DNA from: a bacterium
GTDB taxonomy: Bacteria; UBA8248
Assembly: GCA_963692865.2 (NCBI GenBank)
Contig: OY843592.1
Coordinates: 448,001-512,000, forward strand
Reading direction: 5' to 3'
Length of the DNA: 64,000 bases
The number at the start of each line of letters is the position of its first letter. The stretch's first letter is position 1. A program made the translations under genes and the position numbers. The notes under the pieces are model-generated. The model did not search any database. It was not told the DNA's origin and saw only the letters and a list, made by a program, of their open reading frames with translations. Shown one piece after another: positions 46,777-56,809 of this stretch.

Positions 46777-48876
46777 ATGGCCAAATCCGCATCGCCTTCC
46801 ACGTCGAGAAAACGAATTATCGCCGCGATTGACATCGGTGGCACGTTCACCGACATCGCGATTTACAATCCATCGAACGGAAAAACCTCGGTGGGCAAGT
46901 ATCTCACGACGCCGAACGACCCTTCCATCGGCGCGCTCGCAGGCCTTCGGACGCTGCTTGATGAGGAAAGTCTGCGGTTCCGCGACCTCGGGCAGGCGAT
47001 TCACGCAACCACCCTCGCCACCAACGCGATCATCGAGAAAAAAGGAGCGGCCACGGGCCTTCTCGCCACGAAGGGATTCGCCGACATCCTCCTGATGGGC
47101 CGCGAATCCAGATACGACATCTACGACATCGTGCCTGAATTTCCGGATCCCCTGGTCCCCGGGCCCTTTCGCCGCGAATTGACCGAGCGGATTTCCGCGG
47201 CCGGGGAAATTCTCCAGCCCCTGAGCACCCAGGAGGTGAAGGTAACGATTCAGGAACTCGTGGAAAAGGGGGCGGAATCCATAGCGGTGTGCCTTTTGCA
47301 CTCCTACTCCAATCCGGCCCACGAAAGCGAAGTCGGCGAAGCGATAGCCCAATCGTTTCCCGAAGTGAGTTTCAGCCTCTCCTCTCAGGTTTGCCCGGAA
47401 ATCAGGGAATACGAGAGAACGTCCACCACGGTGGCCAACGCCTACATTCAGCCGATCGTCTCGAAATATCTCGAAGACCTGGAAGTCAACCTCGAAAACG
47501 TCTCGCTCTATATCATGCTGTCGAACGGCGGCATCGCCACGGCGCAATCCGCCGGACGCAGCCCCATACGCATGTTCGAGTCGGGACCCGCGGCGGGAGC
47601 GCTCTCCTCGGCCTATTTCGGGAAACTCGGCGGATTCGAGAATCTTCTCGCCTTCGACATGGGCGGCACCACCGCCAAATCCTGCATCATCGAAAACGGC
47701 GAACCTCACCTCTCCGTTCAGTTCGAGATTGCGCGCGTCAAGCGCTTTACCAAGGGCAGTGGAATGCCCATCCAGGTGCCGTGCATCGATCTCATCGAAG
47801 TCGGCGCCGGAGGAGGCAGCATTGCGCGAATCGACGATTTGGGATTGCTCAAGGTCGGCCCCGAGAGTCAGGGGGCGTCCCCCGGGCCCGCCTGCTACGG
47901 ACTGGGCGGAGAAGAACCCACGGTGACCGACGCCAACCTGCTTCTCGGCTACATCAATCCCGATTATTTCCTGGGCGGCGAGATGCCCGTTTTCCCCGAG
48001 GCGGCATCCGAAGCCATACGCGCCAAAATCGCCGACCCGATGAAGATCGAAGAAATCCAGGCGGCCTGGGGCATTCACGAGCTGGTGAACGAAACCATGG
48101 CCGCAGCCGCTCGCATCAAGCTCTCCGAGCGCGGGAAAGACCCTCGCAACTTCACCCTCATGGCCACGGGCGGCGCGGGCCCCGTTCATGCCTTCCGGCT
48201 TGCGCGCAAGGTGGGACTCAAGCGCATCGTCTGCCCGCCCGGCGCGGGCCTGGCTTCCAGTTTGGGGCTCCATACCGTGCCCTTCAAGGTGGACACCGTG
48301 GACAGCCAGGTGATGGCGCTCGAAGACGTGAACCTCTCCAGGCTGAACGAGACGCTCAATCGGCGCGAAAAGCGGCTTCGCCAGGTCCTCACCGAAGCAG
48401 GGGTGAGGGAGCGCGAAATCCGGATTCAGCGCATGGCGGACATCAGCTTCGAGGGCCAAGGCTTTCCGCTCACCATCCCCATCCCGACCGGAAAACTGAC
48501 GCGAAACCATTTTGGAGAGATCAGCGAAACCTATCGCGAACACTACGCCTCGGCTCATGGGCGCGCCATCGACGAAGTGCCGCTGCAGATATTCAGTTGG
48601 CGAATCTTCGGCATGGGGCCGGAACCCAACGTGAGCTTCGATTTCTCGAACCTGCCCGAAAAAGACGTGAAAAACGCCTTGAAGGGCAACCGGCGCATCT
48701 ACATGCCGGAGAACAAGGGCTTTCGGAAAGTAAACATCTTCGACCGCTATCTGTTGAAGCCGGGTCAGAAGTTCAAGGGGCCGGCGTTGATAGAAGAGAG
48801 AATGACGACGACCGTCATCGGGCCGCGCTCGAACTTCCAGGTCGATAAATTCCAGAACCTGATCATCGAACTCTAG
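46777..48876 (+). CDS. Hydantoinase/oxoprolinase A subunit, second pair
   Basis: IDIGGTFTD, HATTLATNA, ESGPAAG, DMGGTTAK, PGPACYG. Confidence 0.93.
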   Translation: MAKSASPSTSRKRIIAAIDIGGTFTDIAIYNPSNGKTSVGKYLTTPNDPSIGALAGLRTLLDEESLRFRDLGQAIHATTLATNAIIEKKGAATGLLATKGFADILLMGRESRYDIYDIVPEFPDPLVPGPFRRELTERISAAGEILQPLSTQEVKVTIQELVEKGAESIAVCLLHSYSNPAHESEVGEAIAQSFPEVSFSLSSQVCPEIREYERTSTTVANAYIQPIVSKYLEDLEVNLENVSLYIMLSNGGIATAQSAGRSPIRMFESGPAAGALSSAYFGKLGGFENLLAFDMGGTTAKSCIIENGEPHLSVQFEIARVKRFTKGSGMPIQVPCIDLIEVGAGGGSIARIDDLGLLKVGPESQGASPGPACYGLGGEEPTVTDANLLLGYINPDYFLGGEMPVFPEAASEAIRAKIADPMKIEEIQAAWGIHELVNETMAAAARIKLSERGKDPRNFTLMATGGAGPVHAFRLARKVGLKRIVCPPGAGLASSLGLHTVPFKVDTVDSQVMALEDVNLSRLNETLNRREKRLRQVLTEAGVREREIRIQRMADISFEGQGFPLTIPIPTGKLTRNHFGEISETYREHYASAHGRAIDEVPLQIFSWRIFGMGPEPNVSFDFSNLPEKDVKNALKGNRRIYMPENKGFRKVNIFDRYLLKPGQKFKGPALIEERMTTTVIGPRSNFQVDKFQNLIIEL

Positions 48877-48888
48877 GAGAGCCTCGAC

Positions 48889-50550
48889 ATGGCCCGCAAG
48901 GGTATTGATTCGATTACCTTGGAAGTCCTCTGGAACCGCTTCATCGCCATCGCCGAGGAGGCGGCCACCGAGATCGTCCGCACCGCCTTTTCCACCACGA
49001 TACGCGAATCGAGAAACTTCGCCGTCATCATATTGAACCCGGGCGGTCAGTCCATCGCCCAGGCCAGGTCCACCATGCCCAGCTTCGTGGGCGCCCTGCC
49101 GATTACGGCCAAAAAACTTCTGCAGATATTCCCGCAGGAATCCCTCAAGCCCGACGACCTCATCCTCACGAACGACCCGTGGATGGGAACCGGCCATCTT
49201 CAGGATCTCACCTCTCTCACGCCGGTATTCTACAAGTCGAAGCTGGTCGCCCTCATCGGCATCACCACCCAGGTAACGGACATGGGGGGGAAACTGAGGT
49301 CCCCCGAGGTGCGCGAGATTTACGAAGAAGGCCTCCAGCTTCCGCCCTGCAAGTACATGTCGGCGGGCCAGATCAACGAGGACATTCTGCGCATCATCAG
49401 AAAAAACGTGCGCGTGCCGAATCAGGTGGAGGGAGACCTGATCTCCCACATGTCCGCCGGAAGGCTCGCCGCCAAGCGCATCGGCGAGATGCTCGAAGAA
49501 TACAAGCTCGCCGACCTCGAAGCGCCGGCCACCACGATCTTCCAGCGTTCCGAAAACGCCATGCGCGAGGCCATCAAGAAGGTGGAAGACGGAGAATACC
49601 GCTTTCAGGTGTCCACCGACGGATATGACGAGCCGCTCGTCATCCGCGTGGAGGTGAAGGTTCGCGGCAGCAGCATTCTGGTGGATTACACGGGTTCGTC
49701 CCCGCAGGTCGACCGCGGCCTGAACGCCGTTTTGAGCTACGTCTATTCCTATTCCGCCTATTCGCTCAAATGCCTGTTCTGTCCGCAGATTCCCAACAAC
49801 GAGGGCAACTTCCGGCCCGTGACGGTATCGGCCCCCGAAGGCAGCATACTGAATCCGCGCTACCCGGCGCCCGTGAACGGACGCTCCATGGTGGGACATT
49901 TCATCCCCTCGGCCATTTTCGGCGCGCTGTGCAAGGCGGTTCCCAATCTCGTGCAGGCGGCCAGCGGCAGCCCCACCTGGGCCATCAACGCGGCGGGCAT
50001 CACCAAGGAAAACAGGCGCTTCGCCGGCAACTTCTTCCTGCACGGGGGGCAGGGCGCGACGGACAGGCACGACGGGCGCGTATGCCTCGATTTCCCCTCG
50101 AACACGTCGAACACGCCCATCGAAATCCTCGAGCACCTCGTGCCCTTGCTGGTGGAGAGGAAAGCGTCCATCCGGGACAGCGGCGGCGCGGGCAAATACG
50201 CCGGCGGCAACGGCCAGCAGGTCATCGTGAAATCGCTCTCCGACGGACCGATCCTCCTCACGTTCATGAGCGAGCGGACCCGGCACCCCGCCTACGGGTT
50301 GTTCGGCGGCAAAAACGGGCGCGTCGGCAAGGTGACCCTGAACGGACGCCCCATCAATCCCAAGCGCCAATGGGTGATGAACCAAAGCGACAGGCTGGTG
50401 CTGGAAGTGCCGAGCGGGGGCGGTTACGGCGACCCGAAGGACCGCTCCTTCTACGCCATCGAGTACGACCTGCAGGAGGGGCTGCTTTCCGTTCAGAAAG
50501 CCAGAAGCGAATACAATTACGACGGTGACTTCACCGCCGTCGACATGTAG
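48889..50550 (+). CDS. Hydantoinase B/oxoprolinase subunit, second pair
   Basis: ITLEVLWNR, NDPWMGTGHLQD, DSGGAGKYAGG, GGGYGDP. Confidence 0.93.
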   Translation: MARKGIDSITLEVLWNRFIAIAEEAATEIVRTAFSTTIRESRNFAVIILNPGGQSIAQARSTMPSFVGALPITAKKLLQIFPQESLKPDDLILTNDPWMGTGHLQDLTSLTPVFYKSKLVALIGITTQVTDMGGKLRSPEVREIYEEGLQLPPCKYMSAGQINEDILRIIRKNVRVPNQVEGDLISHMSAGRLAAKRIGEMLEEYKLADLEAPATTIFQRSENAMREAIKKVEDGEYRFQVSTDGYDEPLVIRVEVKVRGSSILVDYTGSSPQVDRGLNAVLSYVYSYSAYSLKCLFCPQIPNNEGNFRPVTVSAPEGSILNPRYPAPVNGRSMVGHFIPSAIFGALCKAVPNLVQAASGSPTWAINAAGITKENRRFAGNFFLHGGQGATDRHDGRVCLDFPSNTSNTPIEILEHLVPLLVERKASIRDSGGAGKYAGGNGQQVIVKSLSDGPILLTFMSERTRHPAYGLFGGKNGRVGKVTLNGRPINPKRQWVMNQSDRLVLEVPSGGGYGDPKDRSFYAIEYDLQEGLLSVQKARSEYNYDGDFTAVDM

Positions 50551-50558
50551 CCCGCCCG

Positions 50559-51563
50559 ATGCGCTCGAAAAAACCCTGGGCCGCCGTCACCTCCACATCC
50601 GATTTCCCCGTCGCCATGGCGCCCGTGAAAAGGGCGATGGCCGGCGTCGCGCCCGTCCGCGCCGTGGCGCTGCCCTTCAGACCCCTGGACGAAGCGGAAG
50701 AGGCCGCCTTCGCCGGGAAACTCAAAGGCGCGGAAGGGGTTCTGCTGCGCCCGGGCTACATCACCGCCTCCCTGCTCGATCGGTTGCCGGACCTGCGCGT
50801 GGTGGCCGTGCACGGCGCGGGCGTGGACCAGGTCGACGTGGCGGCCTGCACGGAGCGCGGCGTGCTCGTCACCAACGCGCCGGGGGCCAACGCGAACGCC
50901 GTGGCCGAGCTCACTCTCGGCCTGATGCTCTCCCTGGCCAGGCGCATCCCCCAGGCGGCGGCCATGGTGGGCCGGGAGCGGGCATGGGGCGAGGCGCGCC
51001 ACACGGGGGTGGAGCTCAAGGGCGGGACGCTGGGGCTCGTCGGGGTCGGACAGGTGGGGAGCCGGCTCGCGAAAACGGCGCTTGCGATGGGCATGAAGGT
51101 CCTCGCCTACGACCCGGGCCTCAAGAGCGGAGAGATAAGGGCGCGGGGCGCGAGACCGGCGCGGCTCGACACCCTCCTGGGCCGGGCCGATTTCGTCTCC
51201 CTCCACGCGCCGCTCACGCCCGAGACCCATCACCTGATCGACCGGCGGGCGCTCTCGAAAATGAAGAAGGGCGCGTTTCTCGTGAACGCCGCGCGAGGCC
51301 CGCTGGTGGACGAGGCGGCGCTGGCGCGCGCGCTCACGAGCGGACGAATCGGCGGGGCGGCCCTGGACGTGCTCGAAGGGGAGCCGCCCGACCCCGAAAG
51401 CGCCATCTTCGACGCGCCCAACCTCGTTCTCACGCCGCACATGGCGGGCTCCACCCGGGAGTGTCTCGAAGCCATCGCCGCGTGGGCGGGGGAGGACATC
51501 GCCCGCGTCCTGAGCGGCGGGAAACCGAAGCATCCGGTGAACGATCCCCGGAAAACCGGCTGA
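50559..51563 (+). CDS. D-isomer-specific 2-hydroxyacid dehydrogenase (SerA-like)
   Basis: GAGVDQVD, GVGQVG, VNAARG, LDVLEGEP, TPHMAG. Confidence 0.92.
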   Translation: MRSKKPWAAVTSTSDFPVAMAPVKRAMAGVAPVRAVALPFRPLDEAEEAAFAGKLKGAEGVLLRPGYITASLLDRLPDLRVVAVHGAGVDQVDVAACTERGVLVTNAPGANANAVAELTLGLMLSLARRIPQAAAMVGRERAWGEARHTGVELKGGTLGLVGVGQVGSRLAKTALAMGMKVLAYDPGLKSGEIRARGARPARLDTLLGRADFVSLHAPLTPETHHLIDRRALSKMKKGAFLVNAARGPLVDEAALARALTSGRIGGAALDVLEGEPPDPESAIFDAPNLVLTPHMAGSTRECLEAIAAWAGEDIARVLSGGKPKHPVNDPRKTG

Positions 51564-51894
51564 CCCTCCGTTCGACTCGTTTCGGCTGAAAAACCGAATA
51601 AGTCCTTAAATATCAAATATATAAATTTTCAGTTATTTATCGAAAAACATCGTGAATTTATACATATTTATCTTATTTTACAGAAATTCCAAAGGACTTC
51701 TCACCGGCGGATCCCGCGCCGGAAACCTCGTCCGGCGCCCTCATATCCTCACCGCTTCGCTTCATCTTCGCTCCCCGTCTCCCTCTCGACGCGCCCCGAA
51801 AACGCCCCCGCCCGCAAACCCCGCCAGGCGACCGTGGAGGCGGGCCCGGGGCGGGGAGAATAGCGCGAATCCCCCACGTCCGCCATACGCGCAA

Positions 51895-52357
51895 ATGCGG
51901 GGTCAATCCCGACCGGGGAGGGGCTGTTGAAAAACCCTGTTTCACGTGCGGGCGGACCTGTGTGTCCGCCCATCCCCTCGGGAGCGGCCCGCATGCCGTG
52001 AACCGGAAGGGTCGTATGTGGGGCTGTTGAAAAAGCCCCGCCAAGGGCAGCGAACGCTTCCTCCCCGGTCGCGTCGAACCCTCATTCCTCAATCGCGTTC
52101 GACCCCAAAGACCGCCAACGCCTCTTTCCTCACCCTGAGTAGCCGCCGAAGGCGGCGTATCGAAGGGGCCTGTCCTGAGCCTGTCGAAAGGCGATGGGAG
52201 TCGAACGCCTCGCGCCGGGCGAGAGGGCGCATCCTTCGATACGGCGCTTACGCGCCTACTCAGGATGAGGCAGGTGGGGGGACGGCGGAGCCTGCCCTGA
52301 GCCTGTCGAAGGGCCGCTACCCAGGATGAGGCGGAGAGGGGTTTTTCAACAGCCCCG
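51895..52357. repeat. Nested MITE-like mosaic with GGGCTGTTGAAAAA ends (51920, 52021) and a TTTTTCAACAGCCCC end (about 52342-52357)
   Basis: Terminal inverted repeats enclose the same palindromic modules as 30579-30756. Confidence 0.78.
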
Positions 52358-52569
52358 AGGAGGAAAGGATTGCGCGCGCCCGCGCCGACACCGGGCATGG
52401 CCGTGAACGCGGGGAGGAGCAAGCGGGGGGTGAAACGCAATCCCCGCCCCCCCTTGTCGGGAGCTCCTCCCGCCTCATCGTGAGGGAGCATCCTCCTGCC
52501 CCTCGTCAAGGGACGCAAGAGGGGTCGTTTTCAGTGCGAGGGGAAAGCGTCCGCGCGGAACCGGCTTCC

Positions 52570-55104
52570 TCAAGACCCGAAGGCGTATCTGGCGTTCAGG
52601 AACAACGTGCGCCCTTGGGCGGAGACGAAAGTCAGATCCGGCTCGTCATCGGCGATGGAAGGCCCGTGGTCGGCGATGTTCAGCACCCCGCCGATGAGTT
52701 CCATCCCCCGGAAACCGAACGCATCTCGCCAGCGCAGCGTGAGGTCGTGGCTCATCCACGCCCCGTACCGGGCGGTTTCGTCCTCATTCCAATACTCCGA
52801 AAGCCCGTAAACGCTCCAGTTGACCGTCACGCGGCCCCGGCTCACCCGGAACGACCCGTGAAGGCGGTCGCGCGGAAAGGCGTTGGGAGACTTCTCGCCG
52901 GCCACCCGGATTTCGTCCTCGGTGACGCGCGTCCAGCGAAGGGCGAAGGCCAGGTCCGCCGCGTCGGTCTCCAGATCGACGCGCGCCTTGAGGTCGATGC
53001 CTTTCATGTCGCTTTCCCCGGCGTTATCCCACGATCCCTCGATCCGCCGGATCAGGTTCCCGTCGCGCACCACCCGAACGCCCACGGGCAACTGCCCTTT
53101 CTCTTCGAGGTCGAGGATGGTCTGCGCCTCCAGCTCCGCCGGCTGATGGGAAATGCTTATCCGGAACCAGTCCAGACTCAGCGAAAAAGACCCCAGGTTC
53201 GCTGCCGCGCCGATGCTCAGGCTTTTCGCGTCGTCCGGTTCGAGATCGGGATTTCCGCTCGATCTGTGCTCCACCTGCGTCCTGTCGCAATCGGCGAGGT
53301 CGCCGGTGTGCGTACTCACGTCGCACACGTATGGATAGCTGACCGATTGCCCGCGCAGGTTGAGGACGCTCAGGGCGGGCGGCGCGCCGCTCGTTCCCCA
53401 GGACGCGCGGAGAGCGAGGTTCTTGTTCAGCCGGTACCTGCTCGCGGCCTGACCGGAGAACGCCGCGCCGACGTCGTCGTGATCGTCATGCCGCCCGGCG
53501 AGGGTGAGATCCCAATTCTCGCTCAAGGGCAGAGAGACTTCCGAGAACGCCGAGAAGGTGGTCCGATCGCCTTGCGACGAACTTCCGCCGGAGCCGAGCA
53601 CGTCGGTCGACGGGTAGGAGTCGCCGCCCGCGTCCCGATAGTCGTGGATGTTCTTCCAGTCCTGAGACGCGATTTCCGCGCCCGCCGCCCAGAGGACGTC
53701 GCCGGCCGGCAGCGGGAACGCCTTGCCGTTGAACGAGGCCCGCGCCGCCGTGTACTCGGCGACCTGTTCCTGAACGAGTTTGAGGCTGGTCTGCCGAATC
53801 GCCGCCAGATGTCCGGGATCGGTCGAAAACGGGTTTTCGAGGTCGTAGCGCCCATCGGCAATCGCTTTCGCAATCGCGCTCCCGCTCACGAAGGTGCTCC
53901 CGTCCACGGTCAGATCGCGCAGATGGTAGCGGACGTGCGCGTCGTAGCCGACCTCGCCCAACTCGCCCCGGACGCCGAGCGTGAGGTCGCGCTCCTCGAC
54001 CTCCGTCACCCATTTGCGGTCGCCGTGGGCGACGAACCGGTGAGCCACGGTTATCTCCTCGGGAAGAGCGTCGATATCGGGGTCCCGAAGCAACTTGTCT
54101 CTGAGCGATTGCGGGGGAGAGAAGGAGAAACTGCCGACCGAGGGAGCGTAAAGGAGCGTGCTTTCGCTTTGAGCGGCCCTGGCGTCGAGATAGACGTCGG
54201 CGTTCCCGCCGAGCGGGTGCTCCGCGCTCAAGAACAGACCCTCGCGCTCGAGACGCTCCCCCCAATCGAGATGCCATTTGGTGGCCGTATAGTCGAAGCC
54301 GCAGCCCACGCCGGGGTGGCCTCGGGGGTTGGTGAGCCCGACCACGTAGCCGCTTCCCTCGCAGGCGCCGAGAGGCCGGGCGAGGGTGGTCCCGCCCGGA
54401 GGCGTGATGAAGGCGGTGTTGCCGCCCACCGACACATCCCGCGCGTCGGCGAAAGAACCGCCCGGCGTCCATGAAGCCCGGGAGTAGTCCCTGTCGGCGT
54501 CCCGTATCTCCTCCCGCCGGACGACGTCGACGCCGACCACGGCGCGCCCCTGTCCGAGCGCGCCTCCCCAAACGAAGCTCCCGTGCTCTGAATCGCCGCC
54601 CGCCTGCTCCGGCCGGGCCGCGCCGGCCCGGACCTCGACGCCCTTGAAACCGCTCCTGAGCACGATGTTAATCGCGCCCCCCACCGCGTGCCCGCCGTGC
54701 AGCGCGGCGGCGTCGCCGCTCAGTATCTCGATTCGCTCTATCGCGGAGAGTGGGAACGCTTCGTAGTCAAAATCCGAATAGGATACGCGGCGTCCGTTGA
54801 CGAGGATCACCCGCCGGCCGCTCCCCGCAACGGATGATCGGTACAGGCCGAAGCTGTTGAACACTGCGCGGCTCTGCAGCAGGTCGCGCACGTTCTGGGC
54901 GCCCGAGAGTTCGATGTCTTGCCGCGTGATCACGTGGACGGGGCGCGGGGATTCCGACGCGGACCGGGGAACGTGGCCCGCCGCCGAGGCGCGCTCGCCC
55001 GCGCTCTTCTCCTGGGCGGCTGTATCCACCGCCCCCGCCGGGAAGATCGCGAGAAAAAACGCCATAAGGGCGGCGTAACCTGTCCGTTTGGGGATCGTGC
55101 GCAT
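52570..55104 (-). CDS. TonB-dependent receptor
   Basis: Signal peptide, plug (VITRQDIELSG, ILVNGRR, IERIEIL, GGAINIVL), GNPDLEPD, C-terminal GRTLFLNARYAF; GAGGAGG RBS before ATG 55104. Confidence 0.9.
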   Translation of the reverse strand: MRTIPKRTGYAALMAFFLAIFPAGAVDTAAQEKSAGERASAAGHVPRSASESPRPVHVITRQDIELSGAQNVRDLLQSRAVFNSFGLYRSSVAGSGRRVILVNGRRVSYSDFDYEAFPLSAIERIEILSGDAAALHGGHAVGGAINIVLRSGFKGVEVRAGAARPEQAGGDSEHGSFVWGGALGQGRAVVGVDVVRREEIRDADRDYSRASWTPGGSFADARDVSVGGNTAFITPPGGTTLARPLGACEGSGYVVGLTNPRGHPGVGCGFDYTATKWHLDWGERLEREGLFLSAEHPLGGNADVYLDARAAQSESTLLYAPSVGSFSFSPPQSLRDKLLRDPDIDALPEEITVAHRFVAHGDRKWVTEVEERDLTLGVRGELGEVGYDAHVRYHLRDLTVDGSTFVSGSAIAKAIADGRYDLENPFSTDPGHLAAIRQTSLKLVQEQVAEYTAARASFNGKAFPLPAGDVLWAAGAEIASQDWKNIHDYRDAGGDSYPSTDVLGSGGSSSQGDRTTFSAFSEVSLPLSENWDLTLAGRHDDHDDVGAAFSGQAASRYRLNKNLALRASWGTSGAPPALSVLNLRGQSVSYPYVCDVSTHTGDLADCDRTQVEHRSSGNPDLEPDDAKSLSIGAAANLGSFSLSLDWFRISISHQPAELEAQTILDLEEKGQLPVGVRVVRDGNLIRRIEGSWDNAGESDMKGIDLKARVDLETDAADLAFALRWTRVTEDEIRVAGEKSPNAFPRDRLHGSFRVSRGRVTVNWSVYGLSEYWNEDETARYGAWMSHDLTLRWRDAFGFRGMELIGGVLNIADHGPSIADDEPDLTFVSAQGRTLFLNARYAFGS

Positions 55105-55205
55105 GGGGGCCTCCTCGTGTGTTTTTCCGGGCCGTGTGATTGTCAAACCAATAGTAGGAGCAACGCGCGGGGTTCTCAAGTTTTTTTCGCGAACCGCGGC
55201 GAAAA

Positions 55206-55397
55206 GGGGTTGTTGAAAAACCTGTCCCTCTCGGATCAACCACGTTTTACCCGTAGGTCGGACATATATGTCCGACATATCATGCGACCCGTATTGTGAA
55301 GGCGAAAAAGCCGGGCCGCATGATATGCGGCCCCTACAATAGAAACGACAATGACGGCGGTGGTCAATCCGAGCGAGGAGGGGTTTTTCAACAGCCC
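55206..55397. repeat. MITE-like element with GGGGTTGTTGAAAAA / TTTTTCAACAGCCCC ends and an internal GTAG-type palindrome pair
   Basis: Terminal inverted repeats; GTAGGTCGGACATATATGTCCGAC and GGGCCGCATGATATGCGGCCCCTAC inside. Confidence 0.75.
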
Positions 55398-55523
55398 CGA
55401 AAGGGTAAGGTTTTCGACCGGGAAACGATATGTCCGCCCGCAGGCGGCGAAACGAACGGAGGTGAAGGACAAAAACAGGAGAGGGCGCGCAAGTCCTTCC
55501 CGGCGGAGTGGCGAACCGGCGAT

Positions 55524-56078
55524 TCACTCCGAGAAATAGCGCTCCATCCACTGCTCCACGTCGAAACTCCACGTCTGGGCGTCTATTTCGCGGAAAATGC
55601 TCTGAAACACCGGCTTCGAATCTCCGGGCTTCATCACCCGAAAGCCCCAGCGCACGGCGTGATCCGCATCCCCCGCGTCGTCCCCCTCGTCCGCCTCGCC
55701 GCCCCATGAGCCGCTCACGAGCACGAACCTGATGAACCGCCTCGACAGGAAGGAGCGCAGGTCGACCACGTCGTATTCTATCCGAACGACGTAGTCGGGC
55801 TTCTCAAGTGGCGCGCCCCTATCGTTCAGCCGGACGCAGCGGAACCGGGGGGTGAACGACAATCCCCTGCAGGCGGCTTCGCGCACCTCGGCGTCCTCGG
55901 GGGTGAGGGGCGAGATGACGTGATCATCGGTGGGAACCAGCCTGGCCTGAACGGCCACCATATATTTTTCTTTCGCCTGGATGCGGGCGATCCGCTGATA
56001 CGGGGAATCGGCGAGCTCAATTCCCGCGCACCCGCTCAAAAAAACCAGCATGACGAGGCAACAGGCAAGACGCTTCAT
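55524..56078 (-). CDS. Hypothetical lipoprotein
   Basis: MKRLACCLVMLVFLSGC lipobox; start overlaps the stop of the upstream gene. Confidence 0.7.
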   Translation of the reverse strand: MKRLACCLVMLVFLSGCAGIELADSPYQRIARIQAKEKYMVAVQARLVPTDDHVISPLTPEDAEVREAACRGLSFTPRFRCVRLNDRGAPLEKPDYVVRIEYDVVDLRSFLSRRFIRFVLVSGSWGGEADEGDDAGDADHAVRWGFRVMKPGDSKPVFQSIFREIDAQTWSFDVEQWMERYFSE

Positions 56079-56524
56079 CTCTCTCGTCCTTTGGACGGCG
56101 GCGGGTGGACATCCTTTTTCTGCGGCGCGTCGGCGGCGTACTCTATCTTCGGCCACAAATCCCACGCGCGGGCGATCACGCGCGCCTCGCCCTGATCCAG
56201 CAGGCTCACGCGCACCCCGCGCGACTGGTTCACGAGTTTCTTGTAGAGAATCGGCACGTCGAGGTCGCCCACGGCCTCATCCACCTCGCGGAAGCGCTCG
56301 AGGCCCTTCTTGAGGTTGGCGAGCGCGCCCTTGTGGTGGCGCTGCTGGAGCTTCACGTAGCCCGCGGCGATCTGGATGAGACCCTGGTAGAACTTCTTGG
56401 GCACCGGCTCGGCGTTCATCCAGATGCCCTCCCACGCCTCGTGCGCGCACCAGTATTCCCCCTGGTTGAACAGGAAAACGCCCGCGTCGCTGCGCGCCTC
56501 CCAGGGAATGGGGAACATTTTCAT
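56075..56524 (-). CDS. DUF309 family protein
   Basis: LFNQGEYWCAHEAWE and YQGLIQIAA motifs; GGAGG RBS. Confidence 0.85.
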   Translation of the reverse strand: MKMFPIPWEARSDAGVFLFNQGEYWCAHEAWEGIWMNAEPVPKKFYQGLIQIAAGYVKLQQRHHKGALANLKKGLERFREVDEAVGDLDVPILYKKLVNQSRGVRVSLLDQGEARVIARAWDLWPKIEYAADAPQKKDVHPPPSKGRER

Positions 56525-56809
56525 CCTCCGTGAAAAGCCTCTCGTCGCCGAACACCAAGAAAGCAACTCTTGATGCAGGCGACGCGCCCGCCGCCCAGGG
56601 CGACGCCCTTTCCCGTAGAATAACGCTCTTCGCGCGAGGGTGCTACCGGAAAATGACCCGTGTTTGCCGCGTCGCAAGAGCAATTTGCGACAATTCGATT
56701 GGTGAGGGAAATTGCGCAGGTTGCCGTAGGGGCGGACCTAAGTGTCCGCCCAAAAGTTCGTGAACAACCCACAAGAAAAAATGGGGATTGAAACGCCTAT
56801 TGGTTAAAC

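Noticed and set aside
46708-50385. 1225-aa antisense ORF
   Set aside because: Shadow frame of the two hydantoinase genes; expected from high-GC codon bias and has no recognisable motifs.
55105-55707. N-terminal 200-aa extension of the receptor ORF
   Set aside because: It runs through a repeat element and another gene; RBS and signal peptide indicate the start at 55104.
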